Below are positions 1 to 8,776 of a stretch of DNA of 64,000 bases, in pieces. The translations under genes were made by a program, and so were the position numbers. A model generated the notes under the pieces. The model saw only the letters and a list, made by a program, of their open reading frames with translations, had not been told where the DNA came from and did no database searches. Every line of letters starts with the position of its first letter. The first letter of the stretch is position 1. Origin of the DNA: Kiritimatiellia bacterium (GTDB lineage Bacteria > Verrucomicrobiota > Kiritimatiellia > RFP12 > UBA1067); assembly GCA_017652705.1 (NCBI GenBank), contig JAGCAM010000085.1, positions 585-64,584 of the forward strand, written 5' to 3'.

Positions 1-1433
1 GCGATCTCGCCCAGCCGGGCGTCGGGCAGACCGATGACCGCGACATCCTTCACCGCCGCGTTCGTGCGCAGAAAATCTTCGATCTGCACCGGATAGATGT
101 TTTCTCCGCCCGTGATGATCACGTCCTTCGCGCGATCGACGAGATAGATGAAACCGTCTCGTTCTTCGGCCATGTCGCCGGTCAGCAGCCACCCCGGTTC
201 CTTTTTGATTTCCGCAGTCGCCTTGGGGTTGCGGTAGTATTCTTTCATCACGCCCGGGCCTTTGAGCGCGAGTTCGCCGACTTGACCGGGCTTGACCGGC
301 GTAACCCCGTCGGAGCCGACGATCTTCGTCTCCCAGCCGTAGCCGGCGACGCCGATCGCCCCGACGTGATCGATGTTCTCCACCCCGAGGTGCACCGCCC
401 CCGGGCCGGTCGATTCGCTCAAGCCGTAGTTGGTGTCGTAATCGTGATGCGGAAAAACCTTCTTCCAGCGCTTCACCAGCGAAGGCGGCACCGGCTGCGC
501 CCCGATGTGCATAAGCCGCCACTGGCCAAGTTCGTAGTCGGAGAGCTTTATGTCGCCGCGGTCGATCGCGTCGAGAATGTCCTGCGCCCACGGCACCAGC
601 AGCCACACGATCGTGCATCGTTCCTCCGACACGGTGCGGATTATCCACTCCGGCTTGACGCCCTTCAGCAGCACAGCCCTGCCGCCGACGAGAAACGAGC
701 CGAACCAGTGCATCTTCGCGCCCGTGTGGTAAAGCGGCGGGATGCAGAGGAACGTGTCGTCCTTCGTCTGGCCGTGGTGCGCCTGCTCCACCAGACAGCT
801 GTGCAGCAGACAGCGGTGCTGCAGCACGATCGCTTTCGGAAAACCAGTCGTGCCGCTCGAAAAGTATATCGCCGCCTCGTCCTCCGGCAGCATCACCGTT
901 TCGGGGGACTTCGATATGCAGTACCCGACGAGATTGTGGTAGGATTCGGCGAACACCGGGCAGTCCTCGCCGACGTAGAGCCTCGCCTTGACGTTCGAGA
1001 TGCAGTCCGCGATCTGCTCCACGCGGCCGATGAACTCGGGTCCGAACACGAGCGCCGCGGCGTCGGAAAGACCGAGACAGTACTTGATTTCGTCCGACGT
1101 GTATCTGAAGTTGAGCGGCACCGCCATGCACCCGGCCTTGAGCACGCCGAAGTAAATCGGCAGCCACTCGAGACAGTTCATGAGAAGAATCGCGATTTTA
1201 TCGCCCTTTCTGAAGCCGCGGCTCAGCAGAAAGTTGGCGAAACGGTTCGCTTTCTCGTCGAATTCCCGCCAGGTGAGCTCCGAGCGGAAAGCCCTCGCCG
1301 GCGCCGACTCCACCAATTCCGCCTCGCGCCAGGTTTTCTGGCGGCCTCCGTCGGGGGTGTCGATCTCGACCAGCGCCACGTCTCCGCCCCATTCGCGGGC
1401 GTTGCGCTCAAGTATTTCGGTTATGTTGTTCAT
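1..1433 (-). CDS. AMP-dependent synthetase/ligase (acyl-CoA synthetase family); C-terminal end cut by window edge
   Basis: Absent from the ORF track because it is open at the window edge. My minus-strand translation from ATG (cat at 1431-1433) reads MNNITEILERNA...YFSSGTTGFPKAIV...GDMAEERDGFIYLVDRAKDVIITGGENIYP, giving the AMP-binding SSGTTGxPK box and the adenylate-forming core. Plus-strand ORF 282..1562 is its Arg-rich shadow. Confidence 0.85.
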   Translation of the reverse strand, partial: MNNITEILERNAREWGGDVALVEIDTPDGGRQKTWREAELVESAPARAFRSELTWREFDEKANRFANFLLSRGFRKGDKIAILLMNCLEWLPIYFGVLKAGCMAVPLNFRYTSDEIKYCLGLSDAAALVFGPEFIGRVEQIADCISNVKARLYVGEDCPVFAESYHNLVGYCISKSPETVMLPEDEAAIYFSSGTTGFPKAIVLQHRCLLHSCLVEQAHHGQTKDDTFLCIPPLYHTGAKMHWFGSFLVGGRAVLLKGVKPEWIIRTVSEERCTIVWLLVPWAQDILDAIDRGDIKLSDYELGQWRLMHIGAQPVPPSLVKRWKKVFPHHDYDTNYGLSESTGPGAVHLGVENIDHVGAIGVAGYGWETKIVGSDGVTPVKPGQVGELALKGPGVMKEYYRNPKATAEIKKEPGWLLTGDMAEERDGFIYLVDRAKDVIITGGENIYPVQIEDFLRTNAAVKDVAVIGLPDARLGEI

Positions 1434-1435
1434 GC

Positions 1436-2263
1436 TCAAAATTCCGCCTGCGTCCATTTGAGATCTGCCAGCGCGTTCTTCGCCTCCTGCGCGACCCGCG
1501 GATCGGCCGCGTTCTTCATCGGCTCGCATTTGTCGATCACGTCTTTGACGAGTTTCTCGTAACGGCGGCGCTTGACCGTTTCCTTCGGACCGAACCGCGG
1601 CGGATCCTTCGCGCGTTTCGCGAATTCGACCAGATCGGCGACTTTTCTGACATCCGGCACGGCGGCGAGCTTCGTCACCCTGTCTTTGTAAGCCTTCGCT
1701 TCTTTCGGGTACTGCTTGGCGAAGTCTTTCATGCGCAGAAAGGCCCTGCACGGCAGATGGTCGAGCTCGTAGTCGAGAAAGCGCTTCCACTGGGCGAGGT
1801 TTTTAGGCGCTTCCGCATCGGTCAGCGCGGTGACGACCGCCCTGGTGGCGCTGCGGTCGTTGAGACCGAGATAGACAAGTCGGCCTGTTTCATCGACCAC
1901 GTAAAGGAACGGAAGTTCGGCGGAGACCGGTTCGTTGGTGGAGATCCCCGCTTCCCGGTAGACCGGGAAAGTCACGCCGGCGGCGATTTTTCTCGCCTCG
2001 TCGCCGACGGTCCCGACGTGACCGCCGAGCACGACGAACTGCTTGGTTTTAAAGCCGCGCCAGACCTCTTCGAGACGGCTCATCATCGCGCCGCCGCCTT
2101 CGTTGGCGGACCATTTGCACACGAGCACGACTTTGCCCTGCAGATAGCCCGCACTCGCCATGCGGCCGCCGAGATGGTGGTCGCGGTCAACGTTACGCCA
2201 TTCCGCGGCGTGCGAAAATGTCGCGACGGCGGCGGCGGCCAGAAAAAGCTGAAATTTTCCCAT
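1436..2263 (-). CDS. secreted thioredoxin-fold (TlpA/ResA-like) protein lacking the CxxC site, with helical C-terminal domain
   Basis: Signal peptide MGKFQLFLAAAAVATFSHA. GKVVLVCKWSANEGGGAM...FVVLGGHV...VTFPVY...PFLYVVDETGRLVYLG follows the TlpA-like pattern, but WSANEGGG replaces WxxWCxPC. Confidence 0.6.
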   Translation of the reverse strand: MGKFQLFLAAAAVATFSHAAEWRNVDRDHHLGGRMASAGYLQGKVVLVCKWSANEGGGAMMSRLEEVWRGFKTKQFVVLGGHVGTVGDEARKIAAGVTFPVYREAGISTNEPVSAELPFLYVVDETGRLVYLGLNDRSATRAVVTALTDAEAPKNLAQWKRFLDYELDHLPCRAFLRMKDFAKQYPKEAKAYKDRVTKLAAVPDVRKVADLVEFAKRAKDPPRFGPKETVKRRRYEKLVKDVIDKCEPMKNAADPRVAQEAKNALADLKWTQAEF

Positions 2264-2294
2264 ACCGTAATTATACCAAAAACGGCGTCGGTTT

Positions 2295-3083
2295 TCAGCG
2301 CGCGCCCTTCTCGGCCAGACGCGCGAGTTCCTCCCGGGCGGCCGCCATGTCGGCGAGAAATTCCTTCGACGCGTGAAGCCTGGCGTACGCCGCGGCGGCG
2401 GCGAGACGGCCCGCTTCTACGTCGCTCCGCCAGTGGTAGCCGGCGATGATGCGGCTCTCCCCGTATTCATGGCCGAACTTCAGCACCGCGTTCTGAACCC
2501 TTGGGTTAAGCTCCGCCATCAGCAGCGCCATGCACCAGCCGCGGAAAGCGTGTCCGCTGGGGTACGACCCGTTATCCCGCAGCAGCTCCTCGCTGTCCGG
2601 CAGCAGAGAACTTTCGCCGTAATAAACGTACGGGCGCTTGCGCATGTACGCGTCCTTCGGCTTGTGGGTGGCGCGCCGCACGGTCATCAGCCCCCGGGTC
2701 AGCACCCGGTGCATCGCGGGGGTTTTCCCGGGCGTGATCTCCATGCCGAACGGAACCTCGAACCGTTTCAGGAGATCTTTCGCCGTGAACACCGCGTTTG
2801 ACGCAGCCAGCCGCCCGCGCGCCGTGTCGCGCTGGGTTCTGCCCCAGATGTATTCGGCGTGGTCGCCGACGAACCGGTGCGAACTCCAGCCCGGGGGCGG
2901 CGGCAGAAAAACCGTCGCGTCCGGCAAAGCGTCCACGTCGAAATAAACCGGTGCGTCCTGATCCGATTCGTAGGCGTCGTCGGTTTTCTGCGACGGCCCC
3001 GCCGCCGCGGCCGGCGCCAGCGCGATCAACCATGCCGCCGCCATTGCGGCTGACACTGCGTTTTTTAGTCCCGTGTCTTTCAT
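2295..3083 (-). CDS. class A nonspecific acid phosphatase (PAP2 superfamily), secreted
   Basis: Motifs KRPYVYY, YPSGHA and SRIIAGYHWRSD match KX6RP / PSGH / SRX5HX3D. Start taken at internal MKDTGLKN (cat 3081-3083), which has a signal peptide. That start overlaps the upstream stop by 4 nt (ATGA). Confidence 0.85.
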   Translation of the reverse strand: MKDTGLKNAVSAAMAAAWLIALAPAAAAGPSQKTDDAYESDQDAPVYFDVDALPDATVFLPPPPGWSSHRFVGDHAEYIWGRTQRDTARGRLAASNAVFTAKDLLKRFEVPFGMEITPGKTPAMHRVLTRGLMTVRRATHKPKDAYMRKRPYVYYGESSLLPDSEELLRDNGSYPSGHAFRGWCMALLMAELNPRVQNAVLKFGHEYGESRIIAGYHWRSDVEAGRLAAAAAYARLHASKEFLADMAAAREELARLAEKGAR

Positions 3084-4186
3084 TGTTCGTTGTCCTCCGC
3101 TTCTGAAGCTTCTGAATCCGCAGCCGGCAGGGTAAGCGTGAATACGCAGCCTTTCGGCCGGTTGGGGCGCACAGTCACGTCGCCGCCCATCGCCCTGGCG
3201 AAGTCGCGCGCCGTGCACAGTCCGATGCCGAAACCGCCCTTGCCGCTCTGGAGCGCGGTCTTTGCGCGGTAGTAGCGGTCGAACGCCCTGCGCATCTGCA
3301 CCGGGGTCATTCCGCCGCCTTCGTCGGCGAACGACACCGACGCCGCGGCGCCGTCAGAAAACGCCGCGACCCTGACCGCGCCGTACGGCGCGGCGTACTT
3401 AAGCGCGTTGCCGAAAAGGTTCCAGAGTATCTGCATGGTCATCACCTCGTCGGCGAAGACATACGCGGCCGGGGTGTTGAAATCCACCGCTCCGCCGTAC
3501 GAATCCTCATAATCGGCGGCGAACAGCCGGTAGGCTTCGCGGCACGCCGCGGACAGGTCGAACCGGACCGGTTGCGGCGGGCGCCGCCTGCCGCCGCGGC
3601 GGAGAAAATCCTTGATGTTGTTCACGATCAGCAGCATTCTTTCGTTCAGGCGCTTCGCCTCCGCGTCGTCCCGGCCGATCATCAGCCGCATGCCCACCAG
3701 CGGGGTCGTCAGGTCGTGCGCCGTCGCCGCCAGAAAATCGTCGCGCTCCCTCACGAAGCGCAGAAACCACAGCGAAGCCAGCGCCGAGAGCCAAGCCAGC
3801 GCCGCCGCTATCACCGCCGAACCGGCATACACGACCGGCGCGTAAGGAAATGGCTTCAGCGCCGCCGTTTCCACGGCCCGGCACTCCTTGTCCCCCGTCG
3901 AAACCCACACCGTCGCACGTTCGCCCTCCACCGCGTATCCCCAGGGCACTCCGCCGATCTTGCCTCGTTGCACCCATCCCTTTTTCTTCGATCCGGCGTA
4001 TCCGGCGGCCTCCGGCTTTTCCATCAGTTCTTCGGCGCGTTCGCGGTATTCCCGGCCGATGCGCACGACTTCGCCGTGCGCCGCGCGCGGCGTCCAGCCG
4101 ACGACGAACCATCCCCCGGCGACGGTTATCAGCAGCGCCGGCAGGCAGATCAGGGCAACGTAAAAAAATTTGAGCCGGCCCTTCAT
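3080..4186 (-). CDS. sensor histidine kinase (2 TM, periplasmic loop, HisKA + HATPase_c)
   Basis: H-box FLAATAHDLTTPL, N-box NLFGNALKYA, G1 DEGGGM, G2 GGFGIGL. Start at MKGRLKFFYV (cat 4184-4186) overlaps the stop of the upstream gene (ATGA). Confidence 0.85.
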   Translation of the reverse strand: MKGRLKFFYVALICLPALLITVAGGWFVVGWTPRAAHGEVVRIGREYRERAEELMEKPEAAGYAGSKKKGWVQRGKIGGVPWGYAVEGERATVWVSTGDKECRAVETAALKPFPYAPVVYAGSAVIAAALAWLSALASLWFLRFVRERDDFLAATAHDLTTPLVGMRLMIGRDDAEAKRLNERMLLIVNNIKDFLRRGGRRRPPQPVRFDLSAACREAYRLFAADYEDSYGGAVDFNTPAAYVFADEVMTMQILWNLFGNALKYAAPYGAVRVAAFSDGAAASVSFADEGGGMTPVQMRRAFDRYYRAKTALQSGKGGFGIGLCTARDFARAMGGDVTVRPNRPKGCVFTLTLPAADSEASEAEDNEQ

Positions 4187-6765
4187 CTCGGCATGCAAAG
4201 CGTCACCGGTCCGACCAGCCCCGCCTCGGCGAAAGGCGCGTCCGCCCCGGGCCCGCATATCGTCCACGTCGCCCGGTCGGCTTCCGGCTTGCCCGCGTCG
4301 ACGACCAGCTGGTTGTAGATGGTCGAAGTGACGGAGACTTCAACGACGTTTCTGCCGCGCCTGAGCAGCCTGGTCACGTCGCAGCCGAACGGTTTGCACC
4401 ACAGTTTCGCCGCGACCGTTCCGTTGACCTTGACTGTCGCCCAGTGGCAGACCCTGCCGAGATCAAGCGTCGCCGGCGAAACCTCGTCAAGGTCGAACTC
4501 AATGTCGTAAATCCGCTCCGTCGCCCCGATCGGATAGTCCTCCCTCGGTTTCGCCGCGAGCGCGGTCACGCGTGGCGGCTTTGCGCGCACCCGCGATTTC
4601 GGATCGCACGGCTTGGTCTCGCCGCTCACCGGGTCGAGCGACGTCCACGCCCCGCCCCGGCCGACGAGAAACTGCGATCTGCCGTCGAGTTCCGAAATGA
4701 AGAAAACGTCTTCGTCGCCGTCGCGCCGCTGGTACCACCACAGGTCTTTGCCGGTGCGCCCGATCGACTCGAGCGGCGACGGCCAGTCTGGTTTGAACGG
4801 CCCGCGGATGATCCGCGCGCCCTTCTTTTCGAGTTCGTCCAGCCTGGCCTTCGTCTCCGGCAGCAGAAAAGTTCCCGAAGGCAGCCACAACACGCGGTAG
4901 CTCATTCCGTCGGGGAACACTATGCGCCCGCCCCGCACGTCGGCGCGCGTCATCAGCGCGTCGTTGTTGAGATAGTCGTATTTGTAGCGGTTCTCGAAAA
5001 GATCGCCGCGCTCGCCCGGCTTGTGGTTAAAGTCGTCGCCCAGATACCGGAGAATGTCCACGACCGGCTTGCCGCGCTCGAGCTGCCGGCCGCACCGCTC
5101 GAGATAGGCGGTGAAGCACGGCATGTACTTCCACCACGGCTGGAGCCGCAGGAACGGCGTGCCGATGGCGTTGCCGAAACTGCTGCCCGGCGGTTTGCCG
5201 CCGACGACCGGGTTGTGCGTGAACGTATGGAAAACTATGTGGGTCAGCCCCCGCGCGAAGTGGCGGTTGGCGTTCTCCTTGAGCTCCTGCATCGACTCGT
5301 TGAAAGTGAGCTTGAAACTGGTGAACGATTCTGCGGTGACGCGTTTCTTGCCGTAGATGTGCGCCGCCGAAACGCACGGGCGAATCGGTTTGAAGTCATG
5401 AGACCCTACGAATCCTTCGTCGTTGCGGAACGGGCTCCAGAACTCGCACATCGGTTCGTCGGCGTACTTCCAGTACCGCAGGATGTCGCCGTTGATGACG
5501 TCGCCGAAAGCCGTTTCAAACTGGATGGTCATTCCGTTGCGGTGCGCGATGTCGGCCATCGCCCCGTAATAGTTGTCTTCGATAAGCCGCGAGCAGGTGC
5601 GCCGCCAGTCGAGCAGAAAGCGTTCCGTCGCGGCGGGGCTCACGAGAATGTAGCCGAAAAGAGCCGGCAGCCATTCTCGCAGTTCGTAGCCGTTCAGCCG
5701 CTTGAACTCAGACTCCATCTTCCAGGTCCAGCTCTGCACCGAACACTCCCAGCTGTCCACCGTCACCCCCTTCAGCATGCCGCCCTTGAGCGGACCGGCG
5801 GCGAGCTTGCCTATGTAGCCGCTCCAGTTGGCTTCGCAGCCGCGGCGGTCCATCTTGTCGCATTCCCAGCCAGTCGCTTCGCCGGGGGCCGGGCCGTTGA
5901 CGCGTTTGGCGTTGACGTGGCCGAAGACAAGGGTCTTTTTCAAATCGAAGTTCACCGGCGTGTCGTCGCGGGTCATCCTGAATTCGCGCAGCCCCAGCGC
6001 GGCCTTCGACTCCCAGTCGTCGAGAATGCCGGTCTGCCGCCCGAAAACCACCTTGACCTCCCTGGCGTCGCAGTGCCGGCTGTGCACTTCCGCGCGCAGC
6101 TTGTGCATCACCGGGTTTAAGCGCCGCGGCAGCACGAAAGTCATGCCGGCGGAGTCCTGCCACGCCCCCTGCGGACACCTCCGGCGGAAAACCTCCTTCC
6201 CGTCCTCGTAGATCAGCAGTTCCGCGTCGGGTTCATACGCCCAGTGGTGGCATATCTGCTGCGGATTCGGAAACGTCACAGAGCAGACCTGCTCGACCAG
6301 GGTTTCGCCGACCGGAAATGTCACCGCGCCGATTTCGCGGTAGTCGTCGTCCTTGTCCCACTTGGGTTCCTTGCCCGGCTCGAAGCACACGAGCTTGCGC
6401 ATCGCCCTTTCGACCGGCACCCACGGGCCCCCGCTCATCGACCAGCCAGGGCAGTTCTGCATCTTGAACGCGATGCCCCGCTTCGCGCACTCGCCCGCCA
6501 GAAACGCGACGAGGTCCTCCCACTTTTCGCTGAGGCACGGCATGGACTCTTTGACGCCCGGCCAGAGCGTTCCGCCCTTCCAGCCGCCGTGGAAGAAATG
6601 GACGCCGCCGATGCCGGCCTCCTTGATCGCGTCGAGATCCGCCACGATTCCTTCTTTGGAGGCGTTGCCGCCGATGAAATGAAACCATGCCTCGGGGGAG
6701 TATTCCGAAGCGGCGGCGGCCGCCGAACACGCGGCGAACGCCGCGGCGACTATCGTCTTTTTCAT
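4183..6765 (-). CDS. secreted glycoside hydrolase, GH106-like (alpha-L-rhamnosidase-type family)
   Basis: Signal peptide MKKTIVAAAFAACSAAAAA. The N-terminal AWFHFIGGNASKEGIVADLDAIKEAGIGGV matches the family signature as I recall it. GAGGG lies 6 nt before ATG 6765; an alternative start is 6777. Family assignment is from memory, not a search. Confidence 0.7.
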   Translation of the reverse strand: MKKTIVAAAFAACSAAAAASEYSPEAWFHFIGGNASKEGIVADLDAIKEAGIGGVHFFHGGWKGGTLWPGVKESMPCLSEKWEDLVAFLAGECAKRGIAFKMQNCPGWSMSGGPWVPVERAMRKLVCFEPGKEPKWDKDDDYREIGAVTFPVGETLVEQVCSVTFPNPQQICHHWAYEPDAELLIYEDGKEVFRRRCPQGAWQDSAGMTFVLPRRLNPVMHKLRAEVHSRHCDAREVKVVFGRQTGILDDWESKAALGLREFRMTRDDTPVNFDLKKTLVFGHVNAKRVNGPAPGEATGWECDKMDRRGCEANWSGYIGKLAAGPLKGGMLKGVTVDSWECSVQSWTWKMESEFKRLNGYELREWLPALFGYILVSPAATERFLLDWRRTCSRLIEDNYYGAMADIAHRNGMTIQFETAFGDVINGDILRYWKYADEPMCEFWSPFRNDEGFVGSHDFKPIRPCVSAAHIYGKKRVTAESFTSFKLTFNESMQELKENANRHFARGLTHIVFHTFTHNPVVGGKPPGSSFGNAIGTPFLRLQPWWKYMPCFTAYLERCGRQLERGKPVVDILRYLGDDFNHKPGERGDLFENRYKYDYLNNDALMTRADVRGGRIVFPDGMSYRVLWLPSGTFLLPETKARLDELEKKGARIIRGPFKPDWPSPLESIGRTGKDLWWYQRRDGDEDVFFISELDGRSQFLVGRGGAWTSLDPVSGETKPCDPKSRVRAKPPRVTALAAKPREDYPIGATERIYDIEFDLDEVSPATLDLGRVCHWATVKVNGTVAAKLWCKPFGCDVTRLLRRGRNVVEVSVTSTIYNQLVVDAGKPEADRATWTICGPGADAPFAEAGLVGPVTLCMPR

Positions 6766-6785
6766 TTCAACCCTCATGTTCCTGA

Positions 6786-7733
6786 TTACAGGCCCAACAG
6801 TTCTTTCGCCCGTTCGATTTCACCGGATATGTCGATCTTGCGCGAACCGTCGACATAACCGCCGCGCCGCAGGTTGACGAGAAAGCGCCGGTACTTGCTC
6901 GGGCCCGGCTTCAGGTTGTCGAGCGCGACCACCTCCGCCGCGCCGCAGGTGCAGGCCTCAGAAAGCATTCCGGTCGAGTCGGCGGTCACGTAAAGCCTCT
7001 TCGCCAATTTCACGAAAGCGGGCACTGGGTTGAACCTGTCCCGCGAATAGATCAGGCTGTAGTCCCACGAGAAATCTTCGACGACGCGTTCGGCGGCCGG
7101 CGGCGTGCGGCGGCTGGTCGTCACCCAGTGCTCGCAGTCAGTCGTTTCGGCGAAAACGCGCGCCAACTCCGCCTTCAGCCAGCCCGGTTCGAGCGCCGCG
7201 CACTTGTTCGGCCCGCCGACGACCACGGCCACCGCCGGCCGCGCGGACGGTGCGTGCCTCGCCGTGAACGCAGCAGCCCCGGCCTCGTAAAACGCCGGAT
7301 CCACCGCCACGAGATTCGCCGGCGTCTCGACGATGTTGCCGCGCCGCGGCGGATTGTCGAACGACGGGGCGAGAATGCAGTCGAACGACGCGAGGTCGTA
7401 CCCCCGCGGATGCAGAACGACGCCGCATTTGACCCCCAGCCGCTTCGCCAACGTCTTCGCCGCGTAAAAAGTTCCGCTGCCCGTCCCGAGCACCGCCGCC
7501 GGTTTGAAGCCCGCAGGCGGCCGTCCCGCGCCGGAAAACGTCCCGGGCGCGAATTCCCACAACGCCTCCGACCGAACCCCCAGCCGGTCGAAGCAATATG
7601 AAAGAGCCTTGTGGAATTTCGACTTGAACCGCACCGCGGCGATTTCGCAGCCGCGGCCGAGCGCGCCGGCGAAAGCCCTGGACTGGTTTTCATGACCGGC
7701 TTTGCCGTCCGTCAGAATCAGCACTTTGGTCAT
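6786..7733 (-). CDS. ELM1/GtrOC1-family (DUF1022) putative glycosyltransferase-like protein
   Basis: MTKVLILTDGKAGHENQSRAFA...VVGGPNK...TTSRRTP...VTADSTGMLSEA resembles the ELM1-family pattern. The upstream 133 codons of ORF 6786..8135 are Arg-rich and non-coding-like. Confidence 0.6.
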   Translation of the reverse strand: MTKVLILTDGKAGHENQSRAFAGALGRGCEIAAVRFKSKFHKALSYCFDRLGVRSEALWEFAPGTFSGAGRPPAGFKPAAVLGTGSGTFYAAKTLAKRLGVKCGVVLHPRGYDLASFDCILAPSFDNPPRRGNIVETPANLVAVDPAFYEAGAAAFTARHAPSARPAVAVVVGGPNKCAALEPGWLKAELARVFAETTDCEHWVTTSRRTPPAAERVVEDFSWDYSLIYSRDRFNPVPAFVKLAKRLYVTADSTGMLSEACTCGAAEVVALDNLKPGPSKYRRFLVNLRRGGYVDGSRKIDISGEIERAKELLGL

Positions 7734-7750
7734 CGCGCGCCGCCCCCCAG

Positions 7751-8776
7751 TCATCCCGTCACCGGCGGGATGCGCACCGTTTTGCGGCACGCGCTTTTCA
7801 GCAGTTCCTTCACCGCGGCGCGCATCTGGCGCTTCGCTTCGCCCATCGACGCCTTGATCGTGCAGCCCGCCGCCTTCACGTGGCCGCCGCCGCCGAACCG
7901 GGCGGCGAGCACCGTCGCGTCCCAGCCGCCGCGGGTGCGTATCGAGCAGCGCGTCTCTTTGGTGCGGTCGGGTATCTGGTAGAAAAACAGCGCGATTTCG
8001 TTCCGCGCTACGGAACGCGGTATCTCGATCACGTCCTCCGCGTCGGCTTTGGTGCCGCGCACCGACCTGAAGTCGTCGCGGGTGAGCGTCACCTCCGCCA
8101 CGCGCCGGTTCTTCCAGATGTGCAGCGAACGCCACGCCAGCCGTTTCAGCTCAACCGCCTTCCGCGGGAAAGTCCCGTAAAGAATGTCGTTGATCAGCGA
8201 GGTGCGCACGCCGCATTTAAGCAGGTCGCCGGCCGCCAGCATCGTGCCCGGGCCGGTCGAATCGTACGCGAAACGCCCCGAATCGGTCACGATCGCCACC
8301 CACAGCGCCTCGGCGACGGCGCGGTCTATCTCCCATTCGTTCCACTTCGCGAAACGCCAGACGATTTCACCCGCCGACGACGCCTCCGGGTCGACGATCG
8401 ACACGTCCGCGAAAGATCCGTCGTTGGTCACGTGGTGGTCGATGCAGATTTTCGGCAGCTTCTCCGCCGCGAGCCGCACTTCCGGCGGCATGCGGTCGAA
8501 CGACGCGCAGTCGACCGCGATGAACAGATCGAACCGGCGCTGCCGCCTCAGCCTGCGCACCGGCACGATGTCGCCCGCCCCTTCAAGAAAACCGGGCTTG
8601 CCGAGTGCGTTCAGATCGGCCGTCGCCGCCGCTTCGTGGCCCGCGTTCGCAAGCAGCCGCGCGAGGGCGATCATGGAGCCGAGCGAATCGCCGTCTGGGC
8701 TGACGTGCCCGGATACGAGAATACGCTTGGCGCCCGCTATCAGCTGTTTCGCCGCTGCGTAATTCTCGCGGTTCAC
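7751..8776 (-). CDS. nrnA: DHH/DHHA1 phosphoesterase, NrnA-type oligoribonuclease/pAp phosphatase
   Basis: ILVSGHVSPDGDSLGS, IDHH and GGGH motifs. GTG start at 8776 overlaps the secDF stop (GTGA); no ATG lies near the conserved N-terminus. Confidence 0.8.
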   Translation of the reverse strand: MNRENYAAAKQLIAGAKRILVSGHVSPDGDSLGSMIALARLLANAGHEAAATADLNALGKPGFLEGAGDIVPVRRLRRQRRFDLFIAVDCASFDRMPPEVRLAAEKLPKICIDHHVTNDGSFADVSIVDPEASSAGEIVWRFAKWNEWEIDRAVAEALWVAIVTDSGRFAYDSTGPGTMLAAGDLLKCGVRTSLINDILYGTFPRKAVELKRLAWRSLHIWKNRRVAEVTLTRDDFRSVRGTKADAEDVIEIPRSVARNEIALFFYQIPDRTKETRCSIRTRGGWDATVLAARFGGGGHVKAAGCTIKASMGEAKRQMRAAVKELLKSACRKTVRIPPVTG

